Positions 36,619 through 48,884 of a stretch of 64,000 bases of DNA are shown here, piece after piece. The notes under the pieces were generated by a model. It saw only the letters and a program-made list of their open reading frames with translations. It had not been told where the DNA came from and did no database searches. How positions within the stretch are numbered: position 1 is the first letter of the stretch; each line of letters starts with the position of its first letter. The translations under genes and the position numbers were made by a program. Where the stretch lies: positions 81,778,001-81,842,000 of the forward strand of contig NC_043002.1 in the NCBI RefSeq assembly GCF_006345805.1, written 5' to 3'. The DNA is from Octopus sinensis. Taxonomy: Eukaryota.

Positions 36619-37035
36619 TTTGGGCGAAATACTTGAAGACGGTATTTCGTCCGTCTTCCATGTTCTGAGTTCTAATTCCACCGAGGTCGACTTTGCCTTT
36701 CATCTTTTTCGGGGGGAGGGAGTCGATAAAATTAAGTACCAGTTACGCACTGGGGTCGATATAATTGACTTAATATCCCTTTGTCTGTCCTTGTTTGTCC
36801 CCTCTATGTTTATTTAGCTCCCTGTGGGCATTAAAGAAATAATAATAATAATTATTATTATTATTATTATTTGGGCGAAATACTTGAAGACGGTATTTCG
36901 TCCGTCTTCCATGTTCTGAGTTCTAATTCCACCGAGGTTGACTTTGCCTTTCATCCTTTTCGGGGGTCGATAAAATTAAGTAAGTACCAAGTCAAGCCCT
37001 GGGGATCGATGTAATTGACTAGCCACCCCCGCAAT
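36619..37035 (+). mobile_element. Two tandem 5'-truncated SINE-B copies with shared 5' halves and different tails
   Basis: TTTGGGCGAAATACTTGAAGACGG...TCTAATTCC repeats with a 251-bp period. Confidence 0.9.
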
Positions 37036-37641
37036 ATGTGGGAGGATACTGCCGTCCCGACATGAAATGCTGAATTGTATCGGGTGTTGTGTGAGTCTGG
37101 GTATATCTTCCTTTATCCATCCAGCCTGTTTTTGGACTACTACTAATTGAGCAGACTTATGATTAAAGGCTTTTCGAAATTTGACACTTGACGTTTCAAG
37201 ACGGTAGTGTGTAATTTGTAGGGAGATGTCATTTGACTGTTATTTCTAGTAAGGTTTGGCGACCACACATACCTACCCCCTTCGTACTTAGTTTGCCCCA
37301 CCTAGACAACAACTTGCTGGGTTCCAATGGCTTCCGTTGGTGTGAAGTTTGCTAGAATATATATTTATTTTTTAGGATGTATTGAAATGAATATTGACTA
37401 CACTTCAACGAAGCTGGCAAGAATTTGCCCCAACAGGTGGAGGAAGAATATTATGCTCATTTGAGTGAATGTTGTTGTTGTTATAACAACTGCTTTTTTA
37501 CAGCTGGTTGCCCCTCTTATTTCTTACCATTGAACCATGAAGGGTAGTAAAGTCTATTAATGAAAGAAAGGTATTTTGTTTTCTATAATATATTGCAGTG
37601 AATTGGCAAAATCATTAGAGCTTTAGATAAAGTACTACTTT

Positions 37642-37695
<54 letters not shown>

Positions 37696-37699
37696 CACG

Positions 37700-38092
37700 C
37701 GCGCATGGCTGTGTGGTATGAAGCGTGCTTCTCAACCATATGGTTCTGGGTTTAGTCCCACTACGTGGTACCTTGGGCAAGTGTCTTCTACAGTAGCCTC
37801 AGGATGACTGAAAGCCTTGTGCGTGGATTTGGTAGGCAGAAACTGAAAGAAGCCTGTTGTGTGTGTGGTTGTGTCTGTCTCACCCACACCACCGCCACCA
37901 CTTGACAACTGGTGTTGGCATGTTTTTGTCCCTGTAACTCAGCAGTTTGGCAAAAGAGACAAATAGAATAAGTAGTAAGCTTAAAAATGAAATAATTACC
38001 AGGGTTGATGCATTCAACTGAAGATTCCTTGAGGCGGTGCACCAGCATGGCCACAGTCTAATGACTGAAAACAAGTAAAAGGTGTATGTATG
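37700..38092 (+). mobile_element. SINE-A
   Basis: Head, body and GACTGAAAACAAGTAAAAG tail, with several CpG decays. Confidence 0.9.
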
Positions 38093-38139
38093 TGAAAAGC
38101 AATAGGTTTTATTTGCATCAGGTGTTTTCTATGTAGGTA

Positions 38140-38610
38140 CTGATGTGGCTGTGTGGTAAGAAGTTTGCTTCCCAACCACATGGTTCTGAGTTCAGTCCCA
38201 CTGCATGGCACTATGGACGAGTGTCTTCTACTATAGCCCTGAGCCTGTACCTGTAATTCAAATGGCCAGGCTTGTCACATTCTGTGTCACGCTGAATCTC
38301 CCTGAGAACTATGTTAATCCTTTGGCATTTGGAATACTCTGCCAAAAGCAATACTTTATTCATTTACATTGTTTTGAATTCATCGTGCATTATAACGTTA
38401 GATTTTGATAAGGTAGCTGTTAATTATTAGAATGGTTATTGTAGGATTGGTGTGAGGGGCCACATCTGGTCAGTTTGAACATAGAGCAGATAGAATACTT
38501 TGGTCAGATACGGCTGGTTTAAATGCTAATGGGTTATGGGTATGCATGTATATAGAATGCTCAGCCATTTGCTCATTAATTTCCTGAGCTGGCTGTTACG
38601 TTGAATCATC
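38140..38610 (+). mobile_element. SINE-A head joined to a SINE-C 3' half
   Basis: The A head runs to CTACTATAGCCCTGAG, then GTACCTGTAATTCAAATGGCC...GCTGAATCTCCCTGAGAAC as at 10683-10745. Confidence 0.75.
38314..38537. mobile_element. piggyBac-like MITE at a TTAA site
   Basis: TTAA-TCCTTTGGCATTT ... AAATGCTAATGGG-TTAT; removing it restores the SINE-C sequence GAACTA(C/T)GTTAA(G)GGTA. Confidence 0.75.
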
Positions 38611-39266
38611 AGCTATTTATGTCAATGATGCAATTGCCATTGACATAAACAAGCAACTTGCTTGCTTGTTTGACATCCTACTCTTTTAGTAGTTGCTGTA
38701 TGGGTTGCGGTCAGTTCACCACCTGGATTTGTTGGTAGCAGGTCCAATATCATAATGGTTTTGTATTTGGAATGGTGTTAGTAACATAAAACGTAAGGGA
38801 GTCTGTAAATGTCTTTGCTTGTTATCGAAATGATTAAAGATAAGGGCAACTTTGTCAAAGACACTTGTACACCATGAACATTACGCACATGCACACACAC
38901 ACACCACTTTCTCTCTCTCTCTCTCTCTCCTCCCCCCTCTCAGTCATTGTGGTGTTGGTAGTAGTTGCTGAGAGTAACTTTGGTGATGGTTGTTGTGATG
39001 GTCATGGCATTGTAGTAGTAGTAGTAGTACTAGTAGCAGCAGCAGCAGCAGGGGTGGTGTAGGAGTTGATGATTGTAGTGACAGCAGTAGAAGTTGTGTA
39101 GTAGGTGTGTTGGTCATGGTGCTGGTGTTGCTGGAAGTTGATGATGTGTTGATAATAGTCATAATGGATAAGATGACTACGAGGAAGATGCTGAAGAGGA
39201 TGATGACAACGATGATAGATTTGATTGTGATAACGTTGGCGGTGATTGATTGGTTTTAGTGTTGCG

Positions 39267-39298
<32 letters not shown>

Positions 39299-39417
39299 AG
39301 ATTCTGAACTGAAGAGTCATTAGCTTTCCAATTAAGAAAGATAGAAGCAGGGGAGGGCGAAAAATAAAAAAGAAAACAAAAAAGAAAAAGGAGACAAAAA
39401 TGGTCTATTTCTTTCAG

Positions 39418-39643
39418 TGACTTGTTTGGTTGCTATCTCATTTCCCAGAAGTCCTACGGTAGCATAACGCATTAATTATCTAAGGTTATTGGTCGGTTCT
39501 GGGGATGGCAGTGAAATAGGGAGACAAGGCTCGATCATGTCAAAATCGTCAGCATTAGCTTCATTGAAGTTAGAAAACTAAGACTTAATGCTGACATAAC
39601 CAACTTTTGCTCTCTGTGAATGGAATCTATTTGAGCTTGGTTG
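39418..39643 (+). other. Candidate exon at the right edge of the CpG-retaining domain
   Basis: CTATTTCTTTCAG acceptor and TTG|GTATGT donor; no through-reading frame. Confidence 0.25.
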
Positions 39644-39799
39644 GTATGTGGAATCCCTTAGTTTTCGTTGCTGTTTAAGACTTGCCGTTAATCAGGCTAG
39701 TGGGTGGCTGTGAATACGCTTGTTGTGTAGTGAGTACTATCTGTGTGTGTGTGTGTGTGTGTGTTTGTGTTTGTGTTCATATTGGCATTAGGAAGGGTA

Positions 39800-39927
39800 T
39801 CCAGCTATAGAAATCATGCCAAATCAGATTGGAACCTGGTGCAGTTCCCCAGCTTACCAGTTTTCAGTCAAATCGTCCAGCCCATGCCAGCATGGACAAC
39901 AGATGTTAAATGATGATGATGATGATA
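39800..39927 (+). mobile_element. RTE-like tail module ending in (GAT)n
   Basis: GGAAGGGTATCCAGCTATAGAAA...CCCATGCCAGCATGGAC...GTTAAATGATGATG. Confidence 0.85.
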
Positions 39928-40147
39928 TCTGCAAAGTTTAGATTAGTTAGAATATGTTTCTGACATATTTCAACTGCTAAAAGGCAAATTCATACTCAGT
40001 AAAGAAAATGTTCTCTTATTGCAGTAAGATGGAAAAACACCATATCTGTTCAGTGCCACAATCTGCCAGGATTCTGAGACATTTATCTTTCTAGACTCCT
40101 AGCTTTTATCAATGGGAAATTGTACAGATCTTGTAAAGCTATAGTTT

Positions 40148-40190
<43 letters not shown>

Positions 40191-40199
40191 TTTTAGCAG

Positions 40200-40500
40200 G
40201 TGGGTGCTAATTGATACCATTAACTCCATTACTTGACTTGTGCTTTATTTTTTCCAACCTAGGATGCTGAAAGGCAAAGTTGACCTCGGCAGGGATTGAA
40301 CTCAGAATGTAAAGGACAGAAACTGCTACACATTTTTTTCACAATCTACCTTTAATATACTACCACTATGGTCACAGCAGAATACCAGTTAGACAATGAT
40401 CAATCCTAAGTCATAGAAGGAAACACTTGGCCATGGTGCCGAGCATTGGGAATGAACCCAGAACCGTATGGTTGTGGAATGAACTTCTTAAACCATGCAA
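40200..40500 (-). mobile_element. Decayed SINE-B and SINE-A fragments
   Basis: GAAAGGCAAAGTTGACCTCGG and GAACCCAGAACCGTATGGTTG. Confidence 0.65.
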
Positions 40501-41409
40501 CCATATATATTTACATATATGCATCAATATCAATTTACATGTTACATTGAAAATGGAAATAAATAGAGGCAAGTGAAGCACTTTGCTGTGAATTTGTGTA
40601 TGTGCAATTCAGTGTTCTGGTTTCCTATCACAGCCATTCACTATGCGGAATCAATTCATTTTATCTACTGGAAATATAGTCCTAATTTATAATATGACTC
40701 TGCTGTGCTTTTCTCGAGTTTTTATTCACAACATAGCTACTGACAAATGTAACATAAGTGCTCCAAAGTGTATTTTCCATTCTAAGTGTGTCTTTTACGA
40801 TTCAATTAAATCACTAAATATAACATGTCTATTAGTTGTTTCTCTCTAGTCTACTTGAAACTTTAAAAATAAAAAAATAAAATAAATTTACTAATATGGC
40901 TTTGGCAATAAATTTTCTTTTCTTTTTTTTTTTTGGTTTTTGCCATTCCTTCCTCCCTTTAACTTACATTAGACCTTAGTTGTCAATAAGGAAGACTATT
41001 ATTATTAATTTTACTAAAAGTTCTATAGGTGACTAAGTGCTTCTTGATATTAGGTTATAAATTATGCCATACACATTTCTAGCTGGTACCAAATTAATAC
41101 CAAAGTTACCCAGCTGTTAGTCCACTTAATTGTGGTTGATGGCAAAGAAAGCTTCATATGCAGTGAGCTATTTGTTAATCTGATTCAGGTCATTTGGCAG
41201 TTGATTACCAAAGTAATTTAAGGTTTATAATTGTTTCTTGTGTGTGTGTGTGTGTGTGTGTGTTTTTTTTCTTTTGTTTTGTTTTTTTTTTTTTTTTTTG
41301 CTTTTATTCCTTTAGCCCTTTCGTTAGCATGTATTCAATTAATTTTCAAACTAATTAAGAGTTTGGAGGGTATGGCGTGATAACGATCCTTACACACACA
41401 CGATTCTTT

Positions 41410-41942
41410 TAACTTTTACTTGTTTCTTTCATTGGACTGCAGCTGTGCTGGGGCGCAACCTTGAAGGGTTTAGCTGATCAAATTGAGCCCAATACTTATT
41501 TTTTAAAACCTGAACTTAACTCTGTTGATCTGTTTTGCTGAACTGCTAAGTTATACACACATAAACAAGCTAACTCCAGATGTAAAGTGGTGGTGGTTGA
41601 CAAAAAACACGAATACACGACCAGATTCTTTCAGTTTCTGTCTTACTAAATCCATTCACAAGGCTTTTTCGTTAGCATGGGGCTATATTAAAACACACCT
41701 GCCAAAGATACTACACATCTGAGCACTGTATACGAGTTCATAACACACACACACACACACTGAGCCCAGAACCATGTGGCTGGGAAGCAAAGCTTCTTAC
41801 CACACAGCTTCAAAGAAATCTGCGTCGCGTCAGGACTTATTCTTTGTAAGTCGAGTACCTATTCTATTGGTCTCTTTTGCCAAACCACTAAGTCACAGGG
41901 ATATAAACATGCCAGCATTGGTTGTCAAGCAATGCCAACTCA

Positions 41943-41975
<33 letters not shown>

Positions 41976-42460
41976 TATACTTCTTTCAGTTTCCATCTAC
42001 CAAATTCCCTCCAATGGCTGAAACAAGTAAAAGTTTAAAGAATTATGTGTGTGTAAAGACCATTATCATGTCATGGCTTTGGTTCGCTCAATGCTATAGT
42101 AGAAGATACTTGCCCAAGGTGCCATGCAGATACACATACACACAAGAGCACTTGACAAAAGTTTCTTGCTTAGAAACTTTAGGCACTCTCTGTATTAGGG
42201 AATTCCATGTTTGTGGCAAATTTTTAAAGGACACTGCATTTCCATATTGTGGTGGGTGCGTAAATGTACTAGAAGTCTAGCTAGCTGCACAGCACGTTTA
42301 CGTAAAAGTGAAATTCTGGTTGTTTTATTTTAAATATGAACAACTTAATGATTTGGCACAATTGTCTTCTGCTGTAGCCTCCAGGCTGACCAAAGCCTTG
42401 TGAGTAGATTTGGTAGGTGGGAAACGAAGGAATGCCATTGTGTGTGTGTGTGTGATTCAG
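41410..42460. mobile_element. Cluster of decayed SINE-A copies, two on minus and one fragment on plus
   Basis: Repeated TTTCAGTTTC, CACTTGCCCAAGG and TTTTGC(C/T)GAAC motifs with CpG loss. Confidence 0.8.
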
Positions 42461-43205
42461 TTTTATTTCAAGATTTCTTGTCAATAGAGAAAGAGCTGGT
42501 CTCTAACCTAGATTCAAGGCTCCTTCTTTGGAATTTCAACATCAACAGGGTGTGTGTGTGTGTGTGTGTGTGTGTACAAATTTGGATATGTATGCATATG
42601 TGTGAATCTTTATGTGTCCTTGTCTTGACATTGAATGTGTTACTTTTGTGTTGCCAGCCCTTAACTGGAAACAGCTAAAGGCCAGCAACTTGAAGGGCAA
42701 TCTGGCTGTTGGAAATTTGCTTCGGTAGACCCTGTCTCTCCAGCACACATGCGCAATCAAGGAAAAGCAGACGTTGAAACAACGCTGATAATGATTTATA
42801 AACGAAAGGGTTGTTTGTTGATACCAACCACAGCTGCTGCATGGTGCCGTATGGTGGGGGGTTACCATATAGATTTGAAAATGAATTGACTTGGGAAATT
42901 TATCAGAACTTATTTCCTTAATTTACCTACACAACAGCATTATCTTAATTAATTTGTTGATCTGCTTACTGCTCCGGGGGGTTTTATTTTATTAACTTCT
43001 GTGAAAAACTTTATAAAATTAACATCTATCAGCAAATAGCAGAGAAACATTAACCACCAACTCTTAAAATAATTTTCCTATATTAGAAGGATTGTGTTTA
43101 TGTTTATTTATTGGGTTTTTTTTTCTTTCCCCATTTATTAATTTGTTTTGTATTTTATTTCTCTCTTTCTCCCACTCTCTCCTTTGGTTTAATTTATTTA
43201 TGCGA

Positions 43206-43264
43206 TTAGAATATGTATATATTTACTGCACTTAAGTGTGTATGTATGTGTATGTGTATGTTTG

Positions 43265-43296
<32 letters not shown>

Positions 43297-43620
43297 CACA
43301 CATATATATATATACATATATATATATATACACACACATACATATATATATTTGTGTGTGTGTGTATATATGTATATAGATATGATCTATATATATGTAT
43401 ATAAATATATATGATTATATGTGAATATAGATACATATGCACACACATACATACATTGTGAATAAATGAATATATTGTGTGTGTGTGTTTGTTTATAAGT
43501 ATAATTATGTAATTATAAATCTTAAGTTTATCTATGAATTGCGCGTGTGTGTATGTGTCTGTATGTACACAAATGTAGATACAATATATAAACACGCACA
43601 CACTTCCATTCACACATACA
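43206..43620. repeat. Compound (TA)/(TG)/(CA) low-complexity tract
   Basis: Direct reading of the sequence. Confidence 0.9.
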
Positions 43621-44654
43621 AATGCTTCTTTTGCACTTTTATTTATTTTACTTAAGTATGCTTCTATAGGCAATGTTTGGAAGAAAGGAAGATTTAAAAA
43701 GGGAAAAAAAAAACCCCTAGAAAAACCCAAAAAGAACAAACGTAAAGCAAAAATACATTAACTCATACACACACACACACTTATATACACACGCTCACAA
43801 AAGATAATAATTATACTTGTTATAATGACTAAAACGAACCATTCCTAAATACAGCTAAATCACAACATTGTTTTATTTGCTCTGTTGCAAAAGTTTATAC
43901 ACTCTATTATGACATCTTGAGTTTTCTAACATTTAGATTATACCCATAATTGCTTTAAAATCCTCTTGAAGGAAGTCATTGCATATGTAAACATGTTTCT
44001 CTGTATAAACAGTTTTCGTCTCTGTCTACATTTCATTTTTTTTGTTTTATAGCCTCTGTCTGTGTGTGTGTGTGTATTTATATATTACCATTTCCCACCC
44101 CCTCTGTTTTTCAGATTTTTATATTTTACCTTTTTGTTTTGATTTTATTAAAAAAAAATTATTTTCTTGTTTTTTTCTCTCTTGATTTTCTAAGCAATGA
44201 CCTCTCCTATTCTGGCCATATTCTCTATCCACCCCCCGCTATACACATACACACACATGCACCTACCTTGTGTTCTGTTGTTCCACCACTTTTATATCCA
44301 GCAATCAGATCTGAACATAGCTGTGTTCTGCATGCAGTGTAAAAGTTCCTTTTTGGTAGCAATGGACAAGAAATGTTTTTCTAAGGGGGAAAAAAAAAAA
44401 CTGAGCAAATCTTCATATTGAATTCCAATTCACTTATTTCATTTGGTTTGATTGTTTTAACTACAGCTATGATAAATTTATCACCCCCACCCACCCCCAG
44501 TACATGGATCTAATCTTTATATTGCAATTTGATTCCAGTAGTCATTGTTCCAAACTCTTCCATCTTTTGGTCTCTTGGTCTTCTTGGGATCCACTTAGCT
44601 CTACTTTCATGCTGTTCAAAATGACAAGCAAATGAAACAAGTCAATGTACACAA

Positions 44655-44880
44655 ACCACCAAAGAAGCCTCTATGTGGTTTCTTGACCTGCTTGAACTAG
44701 CAGCCCAGTTACCCTCAGATACTATGTTAGTATCTTAAAAGAGACACATTAGGTAAGCTGTTTCTAGATGTACTTAGTGTGGTGAAGAGGGAGAAAACTG
44801 CAATGGTTAGGGTTAAACAGAAAGCTTTTCATCATAGGTCTTTTGTGTCATGGCTGGCCTTCACTTAAACAATGATAATT
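44655..44880 (-). repeat. Family R copy
   Basis: CCTCTATGTGGTTTCTTGACCTGCTTGAACTAGCAGCC...CTTTTCATCATAGGTCT. Confidence 0.6.
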
Positions 44881-45326
44881 CTTTGTCCATTCATACATTA
44901 TGTTTAGTTGTTGTCATTTCACGTTAAGTCACCTTTGAGCTAGCTGTCTTATAACCTAAGCTATAGTTTTTAATCTAGCCTGGCTGAAATTATCTGCAGG
45001 ATCCTTCGTTTTTTTTTGTGTGTGTGAGAAAACAGATTTTACTGCTATTTCTAGTGCCTCTCATTAGTTTGTATGTGTGTTTTAGCTGATAGTAATGGTG
45101 TGGTGGTGGTGGTGATGGTGATGGTGATGATGATATGTTAGCCAGCAATTTTGTCATGGTGTTGAAATATGTCAGTATCTTTTTCTTCAAACTATTTAAA
45201 ATACTTTTTGTTCTATACATTCTCTATGCAAAAAAACAAAAAACGAAAACAAAAAAAGGGACATTCATTTCATTAAAAGTTATTGTTTTTATTGTTGTTT
45301 TTGTTCTTCTTCTTACTATTATTATT

Positions 45327-45716
45327 AAGGCAATGAGCTGGCAGAATTGTTAGCAAGCCAGGCAAAATGTTTAGCAGCATCTTTTGTCTACCTTTACATT
45401 CTGTTGAGGTCGGTTTTTGCCTTTCATCCTTTCAGGGTCAATTGATTAAGTACCAGTGAAACACTGGGGGTCAATGTAATCGACTAGTTACCTCCCTTCA
45501 AATTTCAGGCCTTGTGTCTTCAGTCGAAAGGATTATTATTAAAGCGATGAGCTGGAGGAAATGCTTAGCGGAATTTCACCTGTTCTGAATTCAAATTTCG
45601 CTGAGGTCAACCTTGCCTTTCATCCTTTTGGGGTCAGTAAATTAAGTACCAGCGAAACACTGGTGTCCATGTAATTTTGACTTATCCCCTCCCCCAAAAA
45701 TGTCTGCTCTTTGAAA
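45327..45716 (+). mobile_element. Two head-to-tail SINE-B copies
   Basis: ATTATTAAGGCAATGAGCTGGCAG, then GATTATTATTAAAGCGATGAGCTGG. Confidence 0.9.
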
Positions 45717-46104
45717 CCATCATCACCATCATCATTGACTATCTACCTTACAAACAATTTTTAGTTTTATCCCTTCCTTCCACCACATAAAATACGTGAA
45801 AACCAATGTATTTTTGTTGTTGTTATTTACTGATTGGACATCATTCTGCATTGCTTTCTTGTGATTCCTCCTCTCCCCCCCCCACTTCTCATCTAAATTC
45901 AAGGTTCAACTTGTCCATACAGTGTATCCTGTAGCTTCTCTACCCAAGGAGCATAAAGTGCATGTGCATCTCTGTGGAACATCAAGCTGCTTCACAAGTC
46001 AAAATTCGACGAGCTGGCCATTCAGTTGATTAAACAAATGTGTACCTACTGCTGAAATCTGCAGAGGACTCAGACAGACGGGAACACACTTGCGCACACA
46101 CACA

Positions 46105-46570
46105 TGCAGGCATAGCTGTATGGTTAAGAAGTTCGCTTCACAAACTTGTAGATTTCAGTTTCAGTCCCATTGTGCAACACCTTCAGCAAGTGGTTAGGGC
46201 AGCAGACTCGCGGTCAGAGGATTGAGGTTTCAATTCGGGCATTGTGTGTGTTTATTGAGCGAAAACACCTAAAAGCTCCACAAGGCTCCGGCAGGGGGTG
46301 GTGGCGACCCCTGTTGTACTCTTTCGCTCCAACTTTCTCTCATTCTTTCTTCCTGTTTCTTGTCCCCGACTTCCTACGCAACTGCTGAGCCTGGATGTGC
46401 ATTCATCCATCCGGCGATGCTCTTGGTGTCGGGGGATTGACCTGCTTTCTCTTCTGTGGGTCTTATGAATAGCAAAGGACCACAAGTGTCCTCTACTATC
46501 ACCCTGGACTGACCAAAGCCCTTTGTGTAGATGGGATTTGGTGGGCAAAAACTGGAAGAAGATCATCCTA
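46105..46570 (+). mobile_element. SINE-A containing a nested tRNA-headed SINE (46193-46482)
   Basis: CAAGTG is duplicated at 46187-46192 and 46483-46488; the insert has AGTGGTTAGGGC and GGTTTCAATTC pol III-like boxes. Confidence 0.75.
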
Positions 46571-46699
46571 TGGATGTATGCATGTCTTCTGTGTTTGTGT
46601 ATAACTGTGATTGCTTGTCTGGAAGCAGTTTATGATGAGCAATATTGTTGTCAGTTTTCCTTTCAACAAACTGTCTGTTCACTTTAGGCTTTTGAAGCC

Positions 46700-47362
46700 A
46701 TGTGGAACAAAAAATTCCTTGTCCCACTACATTACATCTAGGGTAAGTCCCTTCTACTATAGCTGTGAACTAACCAAAGCCTTGTGAGTAGATTTGGTAG
46801 GCAGAAATCAAAAGAAGGCCATTGTGTATGCATGCATGTTTGTTTGTGGGTTTGTTTGCATCTGTGATCACTTACATGAAAGAAAGTTATTAATATAAGT
46901 GCAGCGTGGCTGTGTGGTAAGAAGCTTGTTTCCCAACCACATGGTTCTGGGTTCAGTCCCACTGCATGGCACATTGAGCAAGTGTCTTCTACTTCAGCCT
47001 TGGGCTGACCAAAGCCGTGTGAGTGCATTTGGTAGGCGGAAACTGAAAGGAGCCCGTTCATTATCATCATCATCATCGTTTAACATCCGCTTTCTATGCT
47101 AGCATGGGTTGGACAGTTCAACTGGGATCTGGGAAGCCAGGAGGCTGCACCAGGCCCAGTCCCCCTGCCATCATCTGACAACCGATGCTGGTGTGTTTAT
47201 TTAAGTGTAAGTTAGAGGTTCGGCAAAAGGGGCCGATAGAATAAGTACTATGCTTACAAAGAATAAGTCTTAAGGTCAATTTCTTTGACTAAAACCATTT
47301 AAGGTGGTGTTCTAGCATGGTCGCAGTCAAAGGACTAAAACAAGTAAAAGAATAAAAGAATG
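46700..47362. mobile_element. SINE-A fragments with an RTE-like tail (47062-47160, minus) inserted
   Basis: A heads at about 46700-46830 and 46900-47060, the (CAT)n RTE tail, then an A 3' half ending CAAGTAAAAGAATAAAAG. Confidence 0.8.
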
Positions 47363-47819
47363 GGCAATATTGTTCTAGTCAGGTCTCCTATCAACATATC
47401 TTCTGGTCATTTTATGCCTTCAAAGCTATACGGAATTAGAGACTCCTTACTTAGAAATCAAGAGTTAATTCCAGGAAGGGCATCCAGCTGTAAACCACTG
47501 AGTGTGTGAATGAAAATAATTTCTTATTTGTAGCATGTTCTTCTAATAATAATAATTGGAAATAATTATGATGGTTATTAAACTAATTACTGTAATAATT
47601 ATTATTTATTTATGTCAATTGTAAGAATTCCAGATTTAATGAATTGAATTAACAATTCAAAGTTTTTCTCAGCATCTACATTGCTTGTAGATATATTGGA
47701 ACTTTGTGTATGATGGATATAGAGAGTTTGCTTCCATGTTAGTTTAGTATACTGTTGCTGTTACCACCGCCACCACCTATCATATATTTATGTGTGTGTG
47801 TGTGTGGTGTGTGTGTGTG

Positions 47820-48112
47820 TGTGTGTGTGTGTCTATGTTTGCACCCCCCCCTCCCATAAATCGCTTGACAACTGGTGTTCGTGTAACCTAGCGGTTCAGC
47901 AAAATAGACTGCTATAATATTTACTTGGCTTACAAAGAATAAGTCCCGGGGTCCCTGTAACCTAGCAGTTCAGCAAAATAGACTGATATAATATGTACTA
48001 GGCTTACAAAGAATAAGTCCGGGGGGGGGGGTCAATTTCTTCAACTAAAAAAAAACATTTAAGGCAGTGCTCCAGCATGGCTACAGTCAACTGACTAAAA
48101 CAAGTAAAAGAA
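47820..48112 (+). mobile_element. SINE-A 3' half with a 74-bp internal tandem duplication
   Basis: TGTAACCTAGC(G/A)GTTCAGCAAAATAGACTG starts at 47882 and 47956. Confidence 0.85.
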
Positions 48113-48364
48113 TGTGTGTGTGTGTGTGAGGTACTCCAGACAATAATTCTCACCACATTACACTACAAACAGCCTTGGCCCAGTGTTGCTGTTTTATCTT
48201 TATAGTGTCAAGTTATCCATTGAATTAATGAAAGAAGATAAATTTAATAACCCCCTTGCTCAATAACCCTCTTGACATAGTTTCAGTTCGCAAGGTAAAA
48301 CATACGCACAAAACTAGCACACGCATAGACACACAGCAAATCTTAGCTCAGCTAAATTTTTTTA

Positions 48365-48406
<42 letters not shown>

Positions 48407-48819
48407 GTGTATATATATTTTTTCTTTTTGCTTTTTTTTTTTGTTTTGTTTTGACTGTTCTACAAATTATATCTGTTCTAAACTGAGGAAAAGCAGAATT
48501 TCAAAAGGACATAAGTGTTTTAAACAATTGTATTATTGCAGTTTGTTGAGTAAATTTATCTTCCACAAGAGGTTGGCTACTTTCTTTCATCGCAGCAAAA
48601 ATAAATAGATGTTATAATTTTTATTTGATCAGTCTATTCGGCTCCATGCCAGTGTCTATAACAATGTGGAATCATTGTAATAAGACAATTCTTCAGATCT
48701 TCCTATTTTACTGACACCAAAACTGAAAGCTCATTTATTGATCTGCCTGTTGAACAAAAACCACTTCAATAACTTTCGTTTGAAAAATAAACATTAAAAG
48801 AGCCTTATGAATACAATCA

Positions 48820-48884
<65 letters not shown>

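Noticed and set aside
41774-42280. 168-aa ORF
   Set aside because: Read-through of decayed SINE-A copies.
42665-42890. Stop-free plus frame of about 75 codons
   Set aside because: No good splice boundaries and no recognisable peptide; expected by chance.
47882-48029. 74-bp tandem repeat as a possible satellite or array
   Set aside because: An internal duplication of a SINE-A segment; the 19-bp duplication at 59143-59180 is of the same kind.
48520-48790. Possible second Penelope GIY-YIG relic (MPVS...C...QIFLFY, HF..F..KIN)
   Set aside because: Similarity is by eye across broken frames; needs a profile-HMM hit.
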